Position numbers and translations under genes: made by a program
Origin: an uncultured cyanobacterium
GTDB lineage: Bacteria; Cyanobacteriota; Cyanobacteriia; Cyanobacteriales; Microcystaceae
Direction of reading: 5' to 3'
DNA: 64,000 nt
Assembly (NCBI GenBank): GCA_963807635.1
Contig: CAWEDJ010000042.1
Location: forward strand, 1 to 64,000
Part shown: positions 1-11,329 of the stretch, piece after piece
Layout: each line of letters starts with the position of its first letter
Numbering within the stretch: the stretch's first letter is position 1
Notes under the pieces: model-generated
What the model was told of the DNA's origin: nothing
The model's input: the letters and a program-made list of their open reading frames with translations, nothing else
Databases searched by the model: none

Positions 1-1477
1 AAATAATTAGTTGATGATTAACAAGATTGAGCAGGAAACCAAAGAGAAGTCCAGCAATGATTAAGTTCAGCTACCTTGAGAAAGCTTAAAGCCTTGCTAC
101 CGTTCATGCTCCAACTGACACCCTTTTTTTTCTGACGATGACCAATGACCAAATCTACGCCTTTTTCGATGCGACCACTACCAATACTTTTACCGACTTT
201 TCGCCGACCTTCGTAGTTGATGATTTCTGAGTGATGTTTCTCCAAATAACCAATAAGTTCCAACAAGACCTTGTTATTGCGAGCAACAACCTGATGTTTT
301 AAGTAGTTGAGGGCAATATCAGTCTGACCATGCCATAATTGTGAGAATAAAAACTTGACATGATTGGATTTTTCTTCTTTGTTGAAAGCAATCATAGACA
401 TCAGATTTCGCACTTTTTTGCATAGGTGATACCAGTCTAAAATCACAACAGGTAAAACACCAAAGATAGCCAAGAGGCGATGGCGAATGACTTTTGCCCC
501 ATCGGTGATAGCAACAATATTCAACGGTTTTGATTCCTTTTGATAGAGGTCGAGAATTCTCACTCTAACGACTGTCGCAAGACTTATCGGTTCTTCTAAC
601 TCAGTATCAAAAGGAGAAACGAGATATTCAAATCCCCCTTTGGGTGTTTGCAACATTACTACATCGGTAATGACGGCGGGAGTCTTATTCTTGATGTTAT
701 CTGGACTTGGAGTATGGGCAGTAGATTCATGACGCGAATTACGCTCAGGCTTTTGTCCTTTGACTTGAATACCATCGTCAAATAGGAGAATTTCTGACTC
801 CTCTATGTTATAAATCTCTACGCTTTTCTTTATCTGAATCTGCTCAGATGTGGTCGATTCTAACGATTCTTGTACAGTTTGTCGGATTTGCTGGCTATAG
901 GTTTCGGCTTTCCTTTTCACTATTCCCCAAATGGTCTGGTCACTCAATAAGTTTTCTCCTGTTACTCGCTCCACTAATCCAGCCAAATTCTCATAACTGA
1001 GCCGATTGGCGTAATAACCGCATAATTCCTCTAATCTCTGACTCACAAACCTTTCCTGTAATTGCTCCGATAACTGAAAATAGTTGCTTTCTTTTTTATT
1101 CGTTTGATACTTTTGTAAGTAAAACTCAAACTTACCGTGTAATGTTTTTATCCATACTTTTCTCGTAGCATTACACCACAAGTTTAGTTTTTTTTGACTT
1201 TTTTCGTGAACTGATTTTGTGCCTGTGCCAGTAAGGTTGCCTCTATTTCAGGCAATACTTTCTGTTTCATCTGTTCTACACCTCCCTCTATGTCATGTAA
1301 GCTTTGGATTCCTATTTCCATTGCAAATGGACTATTTTGACTGAGAATATTGCCTATTTCGTCACGAATTACGAATTCTATCGTTACTTTCATAGTTTTT
1401 ACTCCTTTTTTTAAGATAATCTGATTTTTTGCTTTCTCTTCATTTTACCTAATCATCAACTAATTATTTACAGGTAG
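1..1477 (-). mobile_element. ISKra4/ISLre2-like (mutator-type DDE) insertion sequence, copy 1; far end clipped by the window edge
   Basis: Inverted repeat AAATAATTAGTTGATGATTA at 1-20 matches 1450-1469; terminus CTACCTGT is shared with copy 2 at 63363; orfA 1184-1393 and orfB 18-1181. Confidence 0.85.
18..1393 (-). CDS. DDE transposase orfA+orfB, probably fused by a -1 frameshift
   Basis: Motifs FDDG, ITDGA, LDWYHL, GSGRIEKG..R.K..G..WS; A_AAA_AAC lies just before the orfA stop and the -1 frame reads KKLNLWCNA into orfB. Confidence 0.8.
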
Positions 1478-1703
1478 AAACAATTCGATAATACACTGCA
1501 TAGGGAAAACGCTTAATTACTGCTCGTCGAATGTCTCGATACACAATGACATAGGATTCTGGCATTGAGCAGATTTGATTTAGCATCAAGTCTATACAAT
1601 CTAAAAATTCATCGCCTAGTCCCTGTTGCTGTCTCTCGTACCAACGATAAGCTTCATCAAGCTCGTCACGAACTTTTGGGCGAAATACTAGAGCATAATT
1701 CAT
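1464..1703 (-). pseudogene. ParE/RelE-family toxin truncated by the IS
   Basis: ELDEAYRWYE...RFPYAVYYRIVS runs directly into the IS end at 1477; the usual C-terminal strand is missing. Confidence 0.8.
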
Positions 1704-1705
1704 GG

Positions 1706-1930
1706 TTATTTTTTAATAGATGCTTTGATTTCTTCCCAAGTCATTGTGTTATCGGGATTGATTTCATGATCTTTAATTCGATTATCCAGTTCTTGCTTTT
1801 GTGCTTCGGTTAGCTCAGGGTAAGCTTGTTCTGCGGCAATACTATCCCAGATTGCTTGAACTAGCTGAATTCTATCTTCTAGATTAAGGCTGGTAATTTC
1901 GTTTAAGGTGGCTGTGATTTTCATTTTCAA
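1706..1930 (-). CDS. Addiction-module antitoxin (TIGR02574-like)
   Basis: RIQLVQAIWDSI...QKQELDNR...TWEEIK; immediately upstream of the ParE gene. Confidence 0.85.
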   Translation of the reverse strand: MKMKITATLNEITSLNLEDRIQLVQAIWDSIAAEQAYPELTEAQKQELDNRIKDHEINPDNTMTWEEIKASIKK

Positions 1931-2069
1931 GGTATTGGACTGAAAGTAAATATTCTTCTATTATAGCGAAAGAACTAAAACAATCTAATTTCAGATTGGC
2001 TCAGTAAATCATGAGCATAAATTTATACTACTGCAATAAGTTAAAACGCAATCCTAAAACGCGATCGCC

Positions 2070-2118
2070 TTATCGCTGTTCTATCAATCTAGGCAGAAGA
2101 TAGATAGAACAGCGATAA
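2070..2118. terminator. Long stem-loop, probable terminator
   Basis: TTATCGCTGTTCTATC (2070-2085) pairs perfectly with GATAGAACAGCGATAA (2103-2118), plus an inner ATCT/AGAT stem. Confidence 0.55.
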
Positions 2119-2786
2119 ATATCTGATTTCGTCTGTTCATCTCCGCAATTATTTTGCCCACTGCTGTTATTGTACGTCTTGAATACGCAAAGGGCTGTAT
2201 CAACTTTTACATCGATCCTTGTTCTGTCCGACTTTAAGCGATTATTAGCATAATAAGTTCGGTAGAGCCTAATTTATTCAAGTTCAGCTTTTGGATACAA
2301 GCTGAGCGAGTTGAATGTGCCAATTTTTTGTTATTCTACTTTAATAGATTATTTTGGTTTGATTTTCGATGATTTGTTAACCGTTTTTGACCGTCGAGGC
2401 AATTTTTCTAGATTAAATTTATTTTTCATATTAACTGTTAAAAAACTTTTGCAAGAGGTCTAATGCCCAGGGTTAAAATGAAGATTCCCCTCTAGGAGCG
2501 AACGTAAGGTGGTCAGTGAGTTTATCGAACTACTTATGTCCAATTATGTCCAACCCAATGCTCTTACCCTACCGGATGGGACAAAAGAAACTCTTTAATG
2601 GCATAAATCCTGAGCATCAGCTTTTTTTGAGATTCGTTCCCCTGATAACAATCCATTATTGGTAAGAACCGATACAATAGTTGGGATCGAGCGTATTTTA
2701 GGCTGGTTAGATAAGCTGTTTAGATATCGTCCTCGACATTTTAGTGCTTTTGCTGTTTTGCATTGTTGATACTCCTTGAGGTTCCT

Positions 2787-5700
2787 ATGAGTCCGGTCAT
2801 TCAATCCTCTTCTTCCCCTAATTTGGCTCCCGCTTCCAACGGAGGTGATAAAAATTTACGGTCTGATCTCCCCGAAGATTCCGTACTATATCATCGCTTA
2901 AAGTTGGTGGAAGAGATTTGGGAATCGGTATTGCAATCCGAGTGTGGGCAAGAATTAGTCGATTTGCTCAAGGAGTTGCGATCGCGGTGTTCTCCAGAGG
3001 ATGTCGCCACAGGAATGACGCAAGACTCTCTATTGGCCATCACAGAACGAATCGAAAAACTAGAACTCAATGATGCCATTCGGGCCGCCCGTGCCTTCGC
3101 GCTCTATTTCCAATTAATCAATATTGTGGAGCAACATTACGAACAACGGGAACAGGAGAAAAATCGCTGGGAATCAGCCCAAAATGTCAGCTCAGAGATA
3201 GAGGATGAAAAATCCGATGAAGCCTCGAATCGCGCCCCTCCCCATCGAATTGAGTCTATTGAAAAAAAGTATGGGAGACGGGGAAGGAATTGAGCAAGTT
3301 GGAGATTTTAATTGGTTATTTAGCCAACTCAAAACCCTCAATGTTCCCCCTAAACAAATTCAACGATTGTTGGATCAACTAGATATTCGCCTCGTCATTA
3401 CGGCCCACCCGACGGAAATTGTCCGCCACACCATTCGTCGTAAACAACGTCGTATTGATAGAGTGTTACGCAAACTTGACCAATTGGAAGGCGGGGTTTC
3501 CCGATTAGATTGGCTAAATTCCTGGGAAGCTCGGTCAGAAATGGATAAATTGACCGAAGAGATTCGTTTTTGGTGGCGTACAGATGAATTACATCAATTT
3601 AAACCAACCGTCTTAGATGAAGTGGATTATTCTCTCCACTATTTCGATGAAGTGCTGTTTGATGCCATTCCCCAACTCGCAAAACGCCTAGAACAGGCGA
3701 TTAAAAGTAATTTTCCCTGGTTACGCGCTCCTAGTCCTGATTTTTGTTACTTTGGCTCTTGGGTCGGTGGCGATCGCGATGGCAACCCGTCTGTTACCCC
3801 TGAAGTGACCTGGCAGACTGCTTGTTATCAAAGAGAGATGGTTCTCAAGAAATATCTTCGTCATATTGGTGAATTAACCTCCTTTCTCAGTCCTTCCCTC
3901 CATTGGTGCAAGATGTCCCAAGAGATTCTGGACTCCCTAGAACGCGATCGCATGGAATTGCCCGAAATCTATGAAGGGTTAATGCTCCGTTATCGTCAGG
4001 AACCCTATCGCATGAAATTGGCCTATATCCAGAAGCGATTGGAAAATACCCTAGCTCGCAATAGTCAGATGTCCAGCCCCGATAAACGGCAGATGATCAG
4101 TCAAATGAGCCATCCCCAGTATTATCGGACAGGGGCAGAATTTCTCGAAGAACTGCAACTGATTCAACGCAATTTAGCAGAAACGGGACTAACTTGCCTC
4201 GAACTCGATCACTTGATCACCCAGGTGGAAGTTTACGGCTTTATTCTCGTGCAATTAGATTTTCGTCAGGAATCCTCTCGCCATGCCGAAGCGATCGCCG
4301 AAATCTCGGCCTACATGGGGGTACTGCCCTATCCCTACGAGCAACTGAGTGAAGACGAAAAAATCAATTGGCTCAGTGTTGAATTGCAAACCCGACGGCC
4401 TCTCATTCCCCAGGAAATGCCCTTCTCCGAGAGAACCTGTGAAACCATTGAAACCATGAGAATGTTGCGCTATCTGCAACAGGAATTCAGCCCAGCCATT
4501 TGCCAGACCTATATCATCAGCATGACCAACGATGCCAGTGATGTCCTAGAAGTCTTGTTACTGGCGAAAGAAGCGGGCTTGTATGATCCTGCGACCAGTA
4601 GCTCCTCCGTGCGGATCGTCCCCCTCTTTGAAACCGTAGAAGATCTCAAGCACGCCCCAACGGTGATGAAATGTCTTTTTGAACTGCCCTTTTATCGAGC
4701 AGCCCTCGCGGGTAGTTATAAAGCCCTAGCTCAGGGTCAAATCGAAGAGAACAATGCGCCGATTCTCGTCCCAGAGCCGATTTTGAAACCCGCCAATTTA
4801 CAGGAAATTATGGTCGGTTATTCCGATAGCAACAAGGATTCGGGATTTTTAAGTAGTAATTGGGAAATTCATAAAGCCCAAAAAGCCCTACAACAGGTTG
4901 CCCAGGAACATGGCTTAATTTTACGGCTCTTTCATGGTCGGGGTGGCTCCGTTGGTCGGGGTGGTGGCCCTGCCTATAAAGCGATTTTGGCCCAACCTGC
5001 GGGAACTGTTGATGGACGGATCAAAATTACGGAACAGGGAGAAGTTTTAGCATCTAAATATTCTCTCCCCGAACTCGCCCTGTATAATCTCGAAACCCTG
5101 ACTGCCGCCGTTATTCAAGCCAGTTTACTCAAAAGTAGTTTTGACCATATCGAACCCTGGAACCGCATTATGGAAGAAATCGCGGCTTCTTCCCGTCAGG
5201 CTTATCGGTCGTTAGTTTACGAAGAGCCAGATTTCATTGACTTTTTCCTGTCTGTTACCCCCATTCCTGAAATTAGTGAATTACAGATCAGTTCCCGCCC
5301 TGCTCGTCGTAAGAGTGGAAAAAAAGACCTCAGCACTCTGCGGGCCATTCCCTGGGTCTTTAGCTGGACTCAGAGCCGTTTTCTGCTTCCCGCTTGGTAT
5401 GGAGTGGGGACTGCATTAAAGAATTTTGTGGATCAAGATCCCGTTAAAAATCTGAAATTATTGCGCTATTTTTACTTTAAATGGCCTTTCTTTAACATGG
5501 TCATTGCCAAAGTCGAGATGACTCTCTCGAAAGTTGATTTGAATATTGCCCAACACTATGTTCAAGAATTATCCCAACCCGAAGATCGTGAACGATTCCA
5601 ACGTCTGTTTGAACAGATTGCTGATGAATATCGTCTTACCCGTGATATTACCCTCAAAATTACAGCCCATGAAAATTTATTAGACGGCGATCGCGGCTTA

Positions 5701-5901
5701 CAAAGATCCGTTCAACTACGCAATCGCACCATTGTTCCCCTCGGTTTTTTACAGGTTTCTCTGTTAAAACGATTAAGACTCGTAACCCAGGAAGCCGAAT
5801 CCAGTGGCGTGCGTTATCGTCGGTATTCCAAAGAGGAATTATTACGGGGTGCGTTGTTAACGATTAATGGTATCGCGGCAGGAATGCGAAATACGGGCTA
5901 A
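2787..5901 (+). CDS. ppc: Phosphoenolpyruvate carboxylase (one apparent extra base near 3228)
   Basis: [31 protein letters not shown]-terminal GMRNTG; N-terminus lies in ORF 2763-3293. Confidence 0.97.
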
Positions 5902-5986
5902 TTTTGGGAATTTATCTCGCTTATTATCCTTAAATTCTGCACTTCTGTGGTACTTTCAATGACTGCCTCCTCCAAAATTTTTATAA

Positions 5987-6006
5987 CAAGGGGCTTAAGC
6001 CCCTTG
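5987..6006. repeat. Palindromic intergenic repeat CAAGGGGCTTAAGCCCCTTG; second copy at about 27793-27812
   Basis: Same palindrome seen twice in intergenic DNA. Confidence 0.7.
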
Positions 6007-6081
6007 CCTTTGAGCGTTTTCGATGAAAAACAGCCTATCCCTTTTGTTAATTATTTCAAAAAATACGATGCTATTTGATTT

Positions 6082-6981
6082 ATGACGATGGTTCAAGCTC
6101 AACAAATTGCTTTTTTAGGATTAGGGGTGATGGGCGCACCGATGACTGCCAACTTAGTCCGTAAAGGCTTTTCCGTAACTGCCTGGAATCGAACTCCTAA
6201 TTGTGTCGGCGTAGAAACGGTGGAAAAAGCAGGGGCAAAAGTTGTCGATACCCTAGCGGAAGCAGTCAAAAATGCCGATGTTATTCTGACCTGTCTGGGA
6301 GATGTTCCCGACCTAAAAGCAGTAATATTAGGTGAAAATGGCGTTATTCACCACGCTAAATCCAATGCTTTAATAATAGACTTTAGTACCATTGGCCGAG
6401 ATACCGCCCAGGAAATTGCCCAAATTTTACGATCAAATCATTTGCGTTTTTTGGATGCACCCGTTTCAGGGGGAGATATTGGCGCGAAACAGGGAACGTT
6501 AACCATTATGGTCGGTGGCACAGAAGCCGATTTTCAGGAATCTCTGCCCTATTTACAAGCAATGGGTAAAAATATTTATTACTGTGACCATCGGGGAGCG
6601 GTCAAGCCGTTAAACTTTGCAATCAAGTTCTGGCTGCGTTGAATATGGTCGGACTCTGTGAAGCGATCGCCCTGGCTCAGGAACAAAATATCGATCCCAA
6701 TTTAATGATTGAAGTTTGTTCCACAGGAGACGGCGGGGTCTTGGGCATTAGCGAATCTTGGCCCCAAAATTGTCGCCGATGACCTCAATCCTGGCTTTAT
6801 GATCAAACATATTTTGAAGGATTTACGGCTAGTCCAAGAAACATTTAAAAATTCGGACAAATCCTTCGCGGGGGTGCAATTAGCCAATCGCCTGTTTCAA
6901 ATAGTTCAAGATTTGGATAATGGAAAAGGAGCAGAACAGGGAACCCAAGCCATGATTCGGGCTTATCAGGATAACGGATAA
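6082..6981 (+). CDS. NAD(P)-dependent beta-hydroxyacid dehydrogenase (3-hydroxyisobutyrate dehydrogenase family); two apparent frameshifts
   Basis: FLGLGVMG, LDAPVSGG, GQAVKLCNQ in the shifted frame, PGFMIKHILKDL. Confidence 0.9.
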
Positions 6982-7140
6982 ATATTAAGAGTCATTAAAA
7001 TAAGGAAAATTAACTTGCAAATTCGCCCTAAACATTAGGTATGATAACAAAAGTGTTTGGTCGATAATTAGCAATTGATAGAATCTTATAGGTTATACCA
7101 ATTTAAACTAAAAACATTGCGGATATTTTCAAAAAAATCC

Positions 7141-7165
7141 TGTAGGGGCGTAAGGCTTACGCCCA
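7141..7165. repeat. GTAG-type REP-like palindrome; related copies near 7637, 29940, 30562, 30685, 32875, 34381, 48962 and 55621
   Basis: TGTAGGGGCGTAAGGCTTACGCCC and variants in intergenic spacers. Confidence 0.7.
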
Positions 7166-7257
7166 ATAAAATAGTATAACTACCTTAAGTTCCATTTAAT
7201 TTGGGATTAGTAGATTTAACGATTATCGCATTCTCCATTTTTTAAAATTAATCAGGT

Positions 7258-7592
7258 ATGACAATGGGATTAAAAATCATCGAAAATTATGATTCTAGTT
7301 TCACCCTATCCCCAGAAAACAAAGAGATTTTATTCAAGTTATTAACTAATGAAGTATTTATTCAACAATTAACTCAACAAGTCGATAATGCAAAATTAGA
7401 ATTTACCGAACTCATTTTTCAACCCGTTCCCTATAGCAGTGAAACCCCTAAAGGAATGCCCAGGAATTTGAAGCCTATTATCAATCGGCTGATCATCTCA
7501 TTATTAATGTTCCTCCTAATTTTATGTTTCAAGCAAAAATCTTTAAACCCAGTCGTCTGTGTGCCATTTATAGAAAATTAGTATCGGAATAA
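7258..7592 (+). CDS. Hypothetical protein (apparent single-base deletion near 7460)
   Basis: Frame continues after TPKGMP as QEFEAYY...IINVPPNFMFQAKIFKPSRLCAIYRKLVSE to TAA at 7590-7592. Confidence 0.65.
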
Positions 7593-7698
7593 TGAATATT
7601 AAAGATAACCATTTATTATTCTCACTCTTTTAAACCGTAGGGACATAATATATTATCTCCTCAATCATATTATTAATAAAAATTGAAGCTTAAAGAAT

Positions 7699-8238
7699 AT
7701 GCCTTTAGAAACTGAAATACCTGTCTTAGACAATTTAGAATTTTTACCCTACTTAGATGATCAAGGTCTTCTTGATGAAAATTTATCAGGAAAAATAGGG
7801 ATTTATGCTATTTTTGATCAGAATAGAAACTTACAATTTGTCGGTTATTCACGAGATATTTATCTGAGTTTAAAACAACATCTTGTGCGTCAGCCCAACA
7901 AATGTTATTGGTTAAAACTGCAAACCATTGATCGTCCTAGTCGGAGTATTTTAGAATCCACTAAACAACAATGGATCACCGAAAATAAAACGATTCCCGA
8001 AGGTAATAGTGAACAGGAAAATCTTTGGACTCAACCCATTGATGCTAAGTTAACCATGACAAATGAAGATAAACTCAGTTACCATAGCAATGATGAATTA
8101 GGACAAATAAAACTCCTTAAATCCATTGCCAAACGACTAGAAGCACAAATTTTAGAAACCCTTAGCGATCGCGGTGTGAAAGTCGAGATTCGTTTTAATC
8201 CGAAACTCAAAGAACAGGGACTCTTAGACTTAAAATAA
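7699..8238 (+). CDS. GIY-YIG domain protein
   Basis: GIYAIFD...LQFVGYSRDIYLSLKQH. Confidence 0.85.
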   Translation: MPLETEIPVLDNLEFLPYLDDQGLLDENLSGKIGIYAIFDQNRNLQFVGYSRDIYLSLKQHLVRQPNKCYWLKLQTIDRPSRSILESTKQQWITENKTIPEGNSEQENLWTQPIDAKLTMTNEDKLSYHSNDELGQIKLLKSIAKRLEAQILETLSDRGVKVEIRFNPKLKEQGLLDLK

Positions 8239-9015
8239 ATGCGTCAATCTTGGCAAGAAATTTTAGCCGTTGCTCAACGAATTTTAATTGAATTAGGCAG
8301 AAGAAAGCGGAGTTTAATTTTTTGGATTATTTTTCCGATCTCGGTTTTATTATTAAATGGTTTTATCTTTGCCGATCGCTCTGGATTAGCGATTTCAGAA
8401 GCAATGGAATACGCGGCTCCATCCAGTTTAGTGGGAGCGGCTTTATTTTTTAGTTGCTTAGGGGGCAGTGTGGCAACGGTGGTTTCAGAGCGAGAACAGC
8501 ACACCCTCAAACGTTTATTTATTTCACCTTTACGGGGAACTTCTTATTTTTTAGGAATTTTTCTAGCCCATGCGGTGATCGGCATTGGTCAAAGTTTAGT
8601 AGTTTACGCGATCGCCTCTTTTTTTGGAGCTAAATTTCAGGGTTCGATTTTGTTAGGAATGATTATCATTTTTTTGAGTATTATTTCCTATGTCGGTGTG
8701 GGTTTTTTGATGGGAACTCAATTGGCACGACGCACAGAAGATGTCAATGCTTTGGTGGCAACTTTTGGGGTTCCTTTATTAATTTTAGGAGGAGCTTTTT
8801 TTCCTGCTTCAATTTTCCCGAAAACCTTACTCGCGATCGCGCAGTATAATCCCATTTATCACATGAATCAATCGTTAACTGGCGTGTGGGCTGAAGCCGA
8901 TGATATTGACGGATTAGGATCGCATTTTCAGTTTTTAATCATTTTTACTTTATTGATGATTCTGTCGGGGTGGGTTTCCTATCAGCAAATGTTAAAAAAG
9001 GAACGTCGTTTATAA
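8239..9015 (+). CDS. ABC-2 type exporter permease
   Basis: About six hydrophobic segments; EREQHTLKRL and LGGAFFP motifs. Confidence 0.9.
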   Translation: MRQSWQEILAVAQRILIELGRRKRSLIFWIIFPISVLLLNGFIFADRSGLAISEAMEYAAPSSLVGAALFFSCLGGSVATVVSEREQHTLKRLFISPLRGTSYFLGIFLAHAVIGIGQSLVVYAIASFFGAKFQGSILLGMIIIFLSIISYVGVGFLMGTQLARRTEDVNALVATFGVPLLILGGAFFPASIFPKTLLAIAQYNPIYHMNQSLTGVWAEADDIDGLGSHFQFLIIFTLLMILSGWVSYQQMLKKERRL

Positions 9016-9019
9016 CTTT

Positions 9020-9931
9020 ATGTTAACTATCACTGATCTATCTAAATCCTACGGCGATCGCCTGATTTTAGACCACTTAAATTTAACAATTAATGCAGGT
9101 GAAGTTTATGGATTGTTAGGCCCCAATGGTGCAGGAAAAACGACTGTTATTAATCTGATTTGTAATTTACTCAAGCCCGATTCTGGAATGATTAAAATTA
9201 ATCAAAAATCGCTTTCTCAAACAACAAAATGCTGGTTAGGGGTTGCTCCTCAAGAAAATTTGCTCTATCGAACCTTAACCTGTCAGGAAAATCTTGATTT
9301 TTATGGGAAAATTTATGGATTGAAAAGCTCAGAACGCAAAACCAGAATTGAATTATGTTTACAAGCGGTTAATTTATTAGACCGTGCTAAAAGTCCTGTA
9401 GAAACTCTCAGTGGCGGAATGCAACGTCGTTTAAATATTGCAGTTGCAATGATTCATCAACCTAAATTATTGATTTTAGATGAACCGACAACGGGATTAG
9501 ATATTGAAGCAAGATATGATATTTGGCAATTAATCCAAAATTTACAACAACAGGGAATAACAATTTTATTAACGACTCATTTATTAGATGAAGCTCAACG
9601 GCTCTGTCAAAAAATAGGGATTTTAAAAAGTGGAAAATTATTGGCTGAAGGAAGTTTAGATGAGTTACAACAATTAATTCCTGCTAAAGAAGTTTTAACG
9701 ATAAAAACCCCTGAAGAAAATCAAATTTTAGAACGGGCAAAAAATCTCGGTTTGATCCATCGTCGTTATGGTGGTGATTTATGTTTTTGGTTACCTGAAC
9801 CGTTGGAATTACGGGAAGTTTTGGATCTTTTTCAGGGAATTATGATTGATTCTATTGCGAGACAACCTGTGCAATTGGAACATATTTATTTAGAAGTTAC
9901 TCAAGAAAAATTTATAAATCATTTTCAGTGA
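9020..9931 (+). CDS. ABC transporter ATP-binding protein
   Basis: GPNGAGKTT, LSGGM, ILDEPT. Confidence 0.95.
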   Translation: MLTITDLSKSYGDRLILDHLNLTINAGEVYGLLGPNGAGKTTVINLICNLLKPDSGMIKINQKSLSQTTKCWLGVAPQENLLYRTLTCQENLDFYGKIYGLKSSERKTRIELCLQAVNLLDRAKSPVETLSGGMQRRLNIAVAMIHQPKLLILDEPTTGLDIEARYDIWQLIQNLQQQGITILLTTHLLDEAQRLCQKIGILKSGKLLAEGSLDELQQLIPAKEVLTIKTPEENQILERAKNLGLIHRRYGGDLCFWLPEPLELREVLDLFQGIMIDSIARQPVQLEHIYLEVTQEKFINHFQ

Positions 9932-10118
9932 GATTAGCAATTTTTAGAAAATGTCGTAATAGTCCAGGTTTTAGGGATTGATTGCCGTGAATAGGAACAG
10001 AAATGCGGTTGGGATTATTGGGCTGTCCATAAATATGATGGCTACCATTAATACGCAATAGTTGCCAACTGTTTTTTTCTAATATTTTCGCAAACTCTTT
10101 TCCTGAAATGGACTTCAT
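9912..10118 (-). CDS. hicA: HicA toxin
   Basis: GSHH and VPIHG motifs; 68 aa. Confidence 0.9.
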   Translation of the reverse strand: MKSISGKEFAKILEKNSWQLLRINGSHHIYGQPNNPNRISVPIHGNQSLKPGLLRHFLKIANLTENDL

Positions 10119-10315
10119 ACCGCAATTTCTAAAATTTGGGAAGATTCATCAAGTTGTAGCTGTTCGGTATCTACTAGCAAGCAACCTTCAACTGCTTCAT
10201 ATAAATTTTGTAAGAGTTCTTCAAAGGTGTCGCCTTGGGTTGCACAGCCAGGGATAGCAGGAACTTCTGCCCAATAACCTGTTTTTTCTTTGTGAACAAT
10301 CACTTTGATTTTCAT
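10115..10315 (-). CDS. hicB: HicB antitoxin (short form, upstream of the toxin)
   Basis: YWAEVPAIPGCATQGDTFEE. Confidence 0.9.
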   Translation of the reverse strand: MKIKVIVHKEKTGYWAEVPAIPGCATQGDTFEELLQNLYEAVEGCLLVDTEQLQLDESSQILEIAV

Positions 10316-10413
10316 TGATTAAGGTATTTAAAAACTATTTTATTTATTATACAGATATAAACTGCTCTCTTCCTGCAAGATCAGCGATCACACTGTCAAT
10401 TTATGATTGGATT

Positions 10414-10728
10414 ATGAAGATTCCACATTTTTTTGAGTGGGACGAGGACAAATGCCAGGCTAATATAGATAAACATGGGATAGATTTTGCTAACATTCAG
10501 GCAGTGTTTACCAATCCCATCGTTGAGCGTGTAGATGACCGTCGAGATTATGGTGAAACGAGGATTATTTTACTCGGAATCATTGATAATCGGGTGCTTT
10601 GCATTGTTTGTACCTTGCGCGGTTCTGTCTGTCGTATTATTAGTGCTAGGAAGGCGAATCAACGTGAACAAAAAACTTATAACCAGAGTATCGCTAGAAG
10701 AATGGGCAAAAATGAAGGGTCAAACTGA
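10414..10728 (+). CDS. brnT: BrnT toxin
   Basis: FEWDEDK..ANIDKHGIDF...DYGETR...RIISARKA. Confidence 0.9.
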   Translation: MKIPHFFEWDEDKCQANIDKHGIDFANIQAVFTNPIVERVDDRRDYGETRIILLGIIDNRVLCIVCTLRGSVCRIISARKANQREQKTYNQSIARRMGKNEGSN

Positions 10729-10870
10729 CTGGGCGAAAATTGATGCGATGACTGAGGAAGAAATCGAACAAAATGCTCTGAGTGATCTTGATAATCAACC
10801 TTTAACCGATGAGTTTTGGGATGAAGCTGAGGCTATTTTTCCTGAAGTAAATGTTATGGTTAAGGGGTGA
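10664..10870 (+). CDS. BrnA-like antitoxin, N-terminal part only
   Basis: TDWAKIDAMTEEEI...PLTDEFW; overlaps brnT; lacks the usual C-terminal DNA-binding segment. Confidence 0.7.
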   Translation: MNKKLITRVSLEEWAKMKGQTDWAKIDAMTEEEIEQNALSDLDNQPLTDEFWDEAEAIFPEVNVMVKG

Positions 10871-11057
10871 AAGTTTAAAATTAAAAAGGCGTATTATATC
10901 TCATGAAAGCATCCTATGAAAGCAGCGATCGCGCTTAAATCCTCCGTTTTATCTCCTACAATGGTGATGACTTAAGTAAGGTCAGGAAACAAATATTAGT
11001 TGGATTTCCTTTGGTCAACCCAACCTACGAAGAGGCGATCGCACTGAGCAGGAAACC

Positions 11058-11267
11058 GCGATCGCGGTTAAGACAGAGCCAAATGATCACCACTTCGACA
11101 AGACCCAAAAACAAGAGATTGCGTCTTATATTGGACAACAAAGGAAACTACTTCAATTTTGTTGGAAAGAAGCTTCTATTATTGATGGGCCATGTACCGA
11201 AGAACGTATTGAGAAATTGACAATGGCACTTTATTTGTCCGCTCAACGTCGTTTTAAACTAGCCTAA
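11058..11267 (+). pseudogene. Startless 3' gene fragment beginning at a HIP1 site
   Basis: Open frame AIAVKTEPND...KQEIASYI...ALYLSAQRRFKLA* from GCGATCGC at 11058. Confidence 0.45.
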
Positions 11268-11329
11268 CTCTAACCCCCTGAGCATGGCTTTAAACTGCTT
11301 AAGTTAACTTTTATTTTGAGCTAAAACTG

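Noticed and set aside
2446..2462. TTTTGCAAGAGGTCTA as an IS or MITE end
   Set aside because: No matching opposite end found nearby, so no element can be delimited.
11011..11220. 69-aa ORF in the track
   Set aside because: It starts within a REP/HIP1 spacer; the overlapping alternative frame looks more protein-like.
11262..11309. GCCTAAC...GTTAACT as an attC site
   Set aside because: Only 48 bp with poor core complementarity and no convincing inner boxes.
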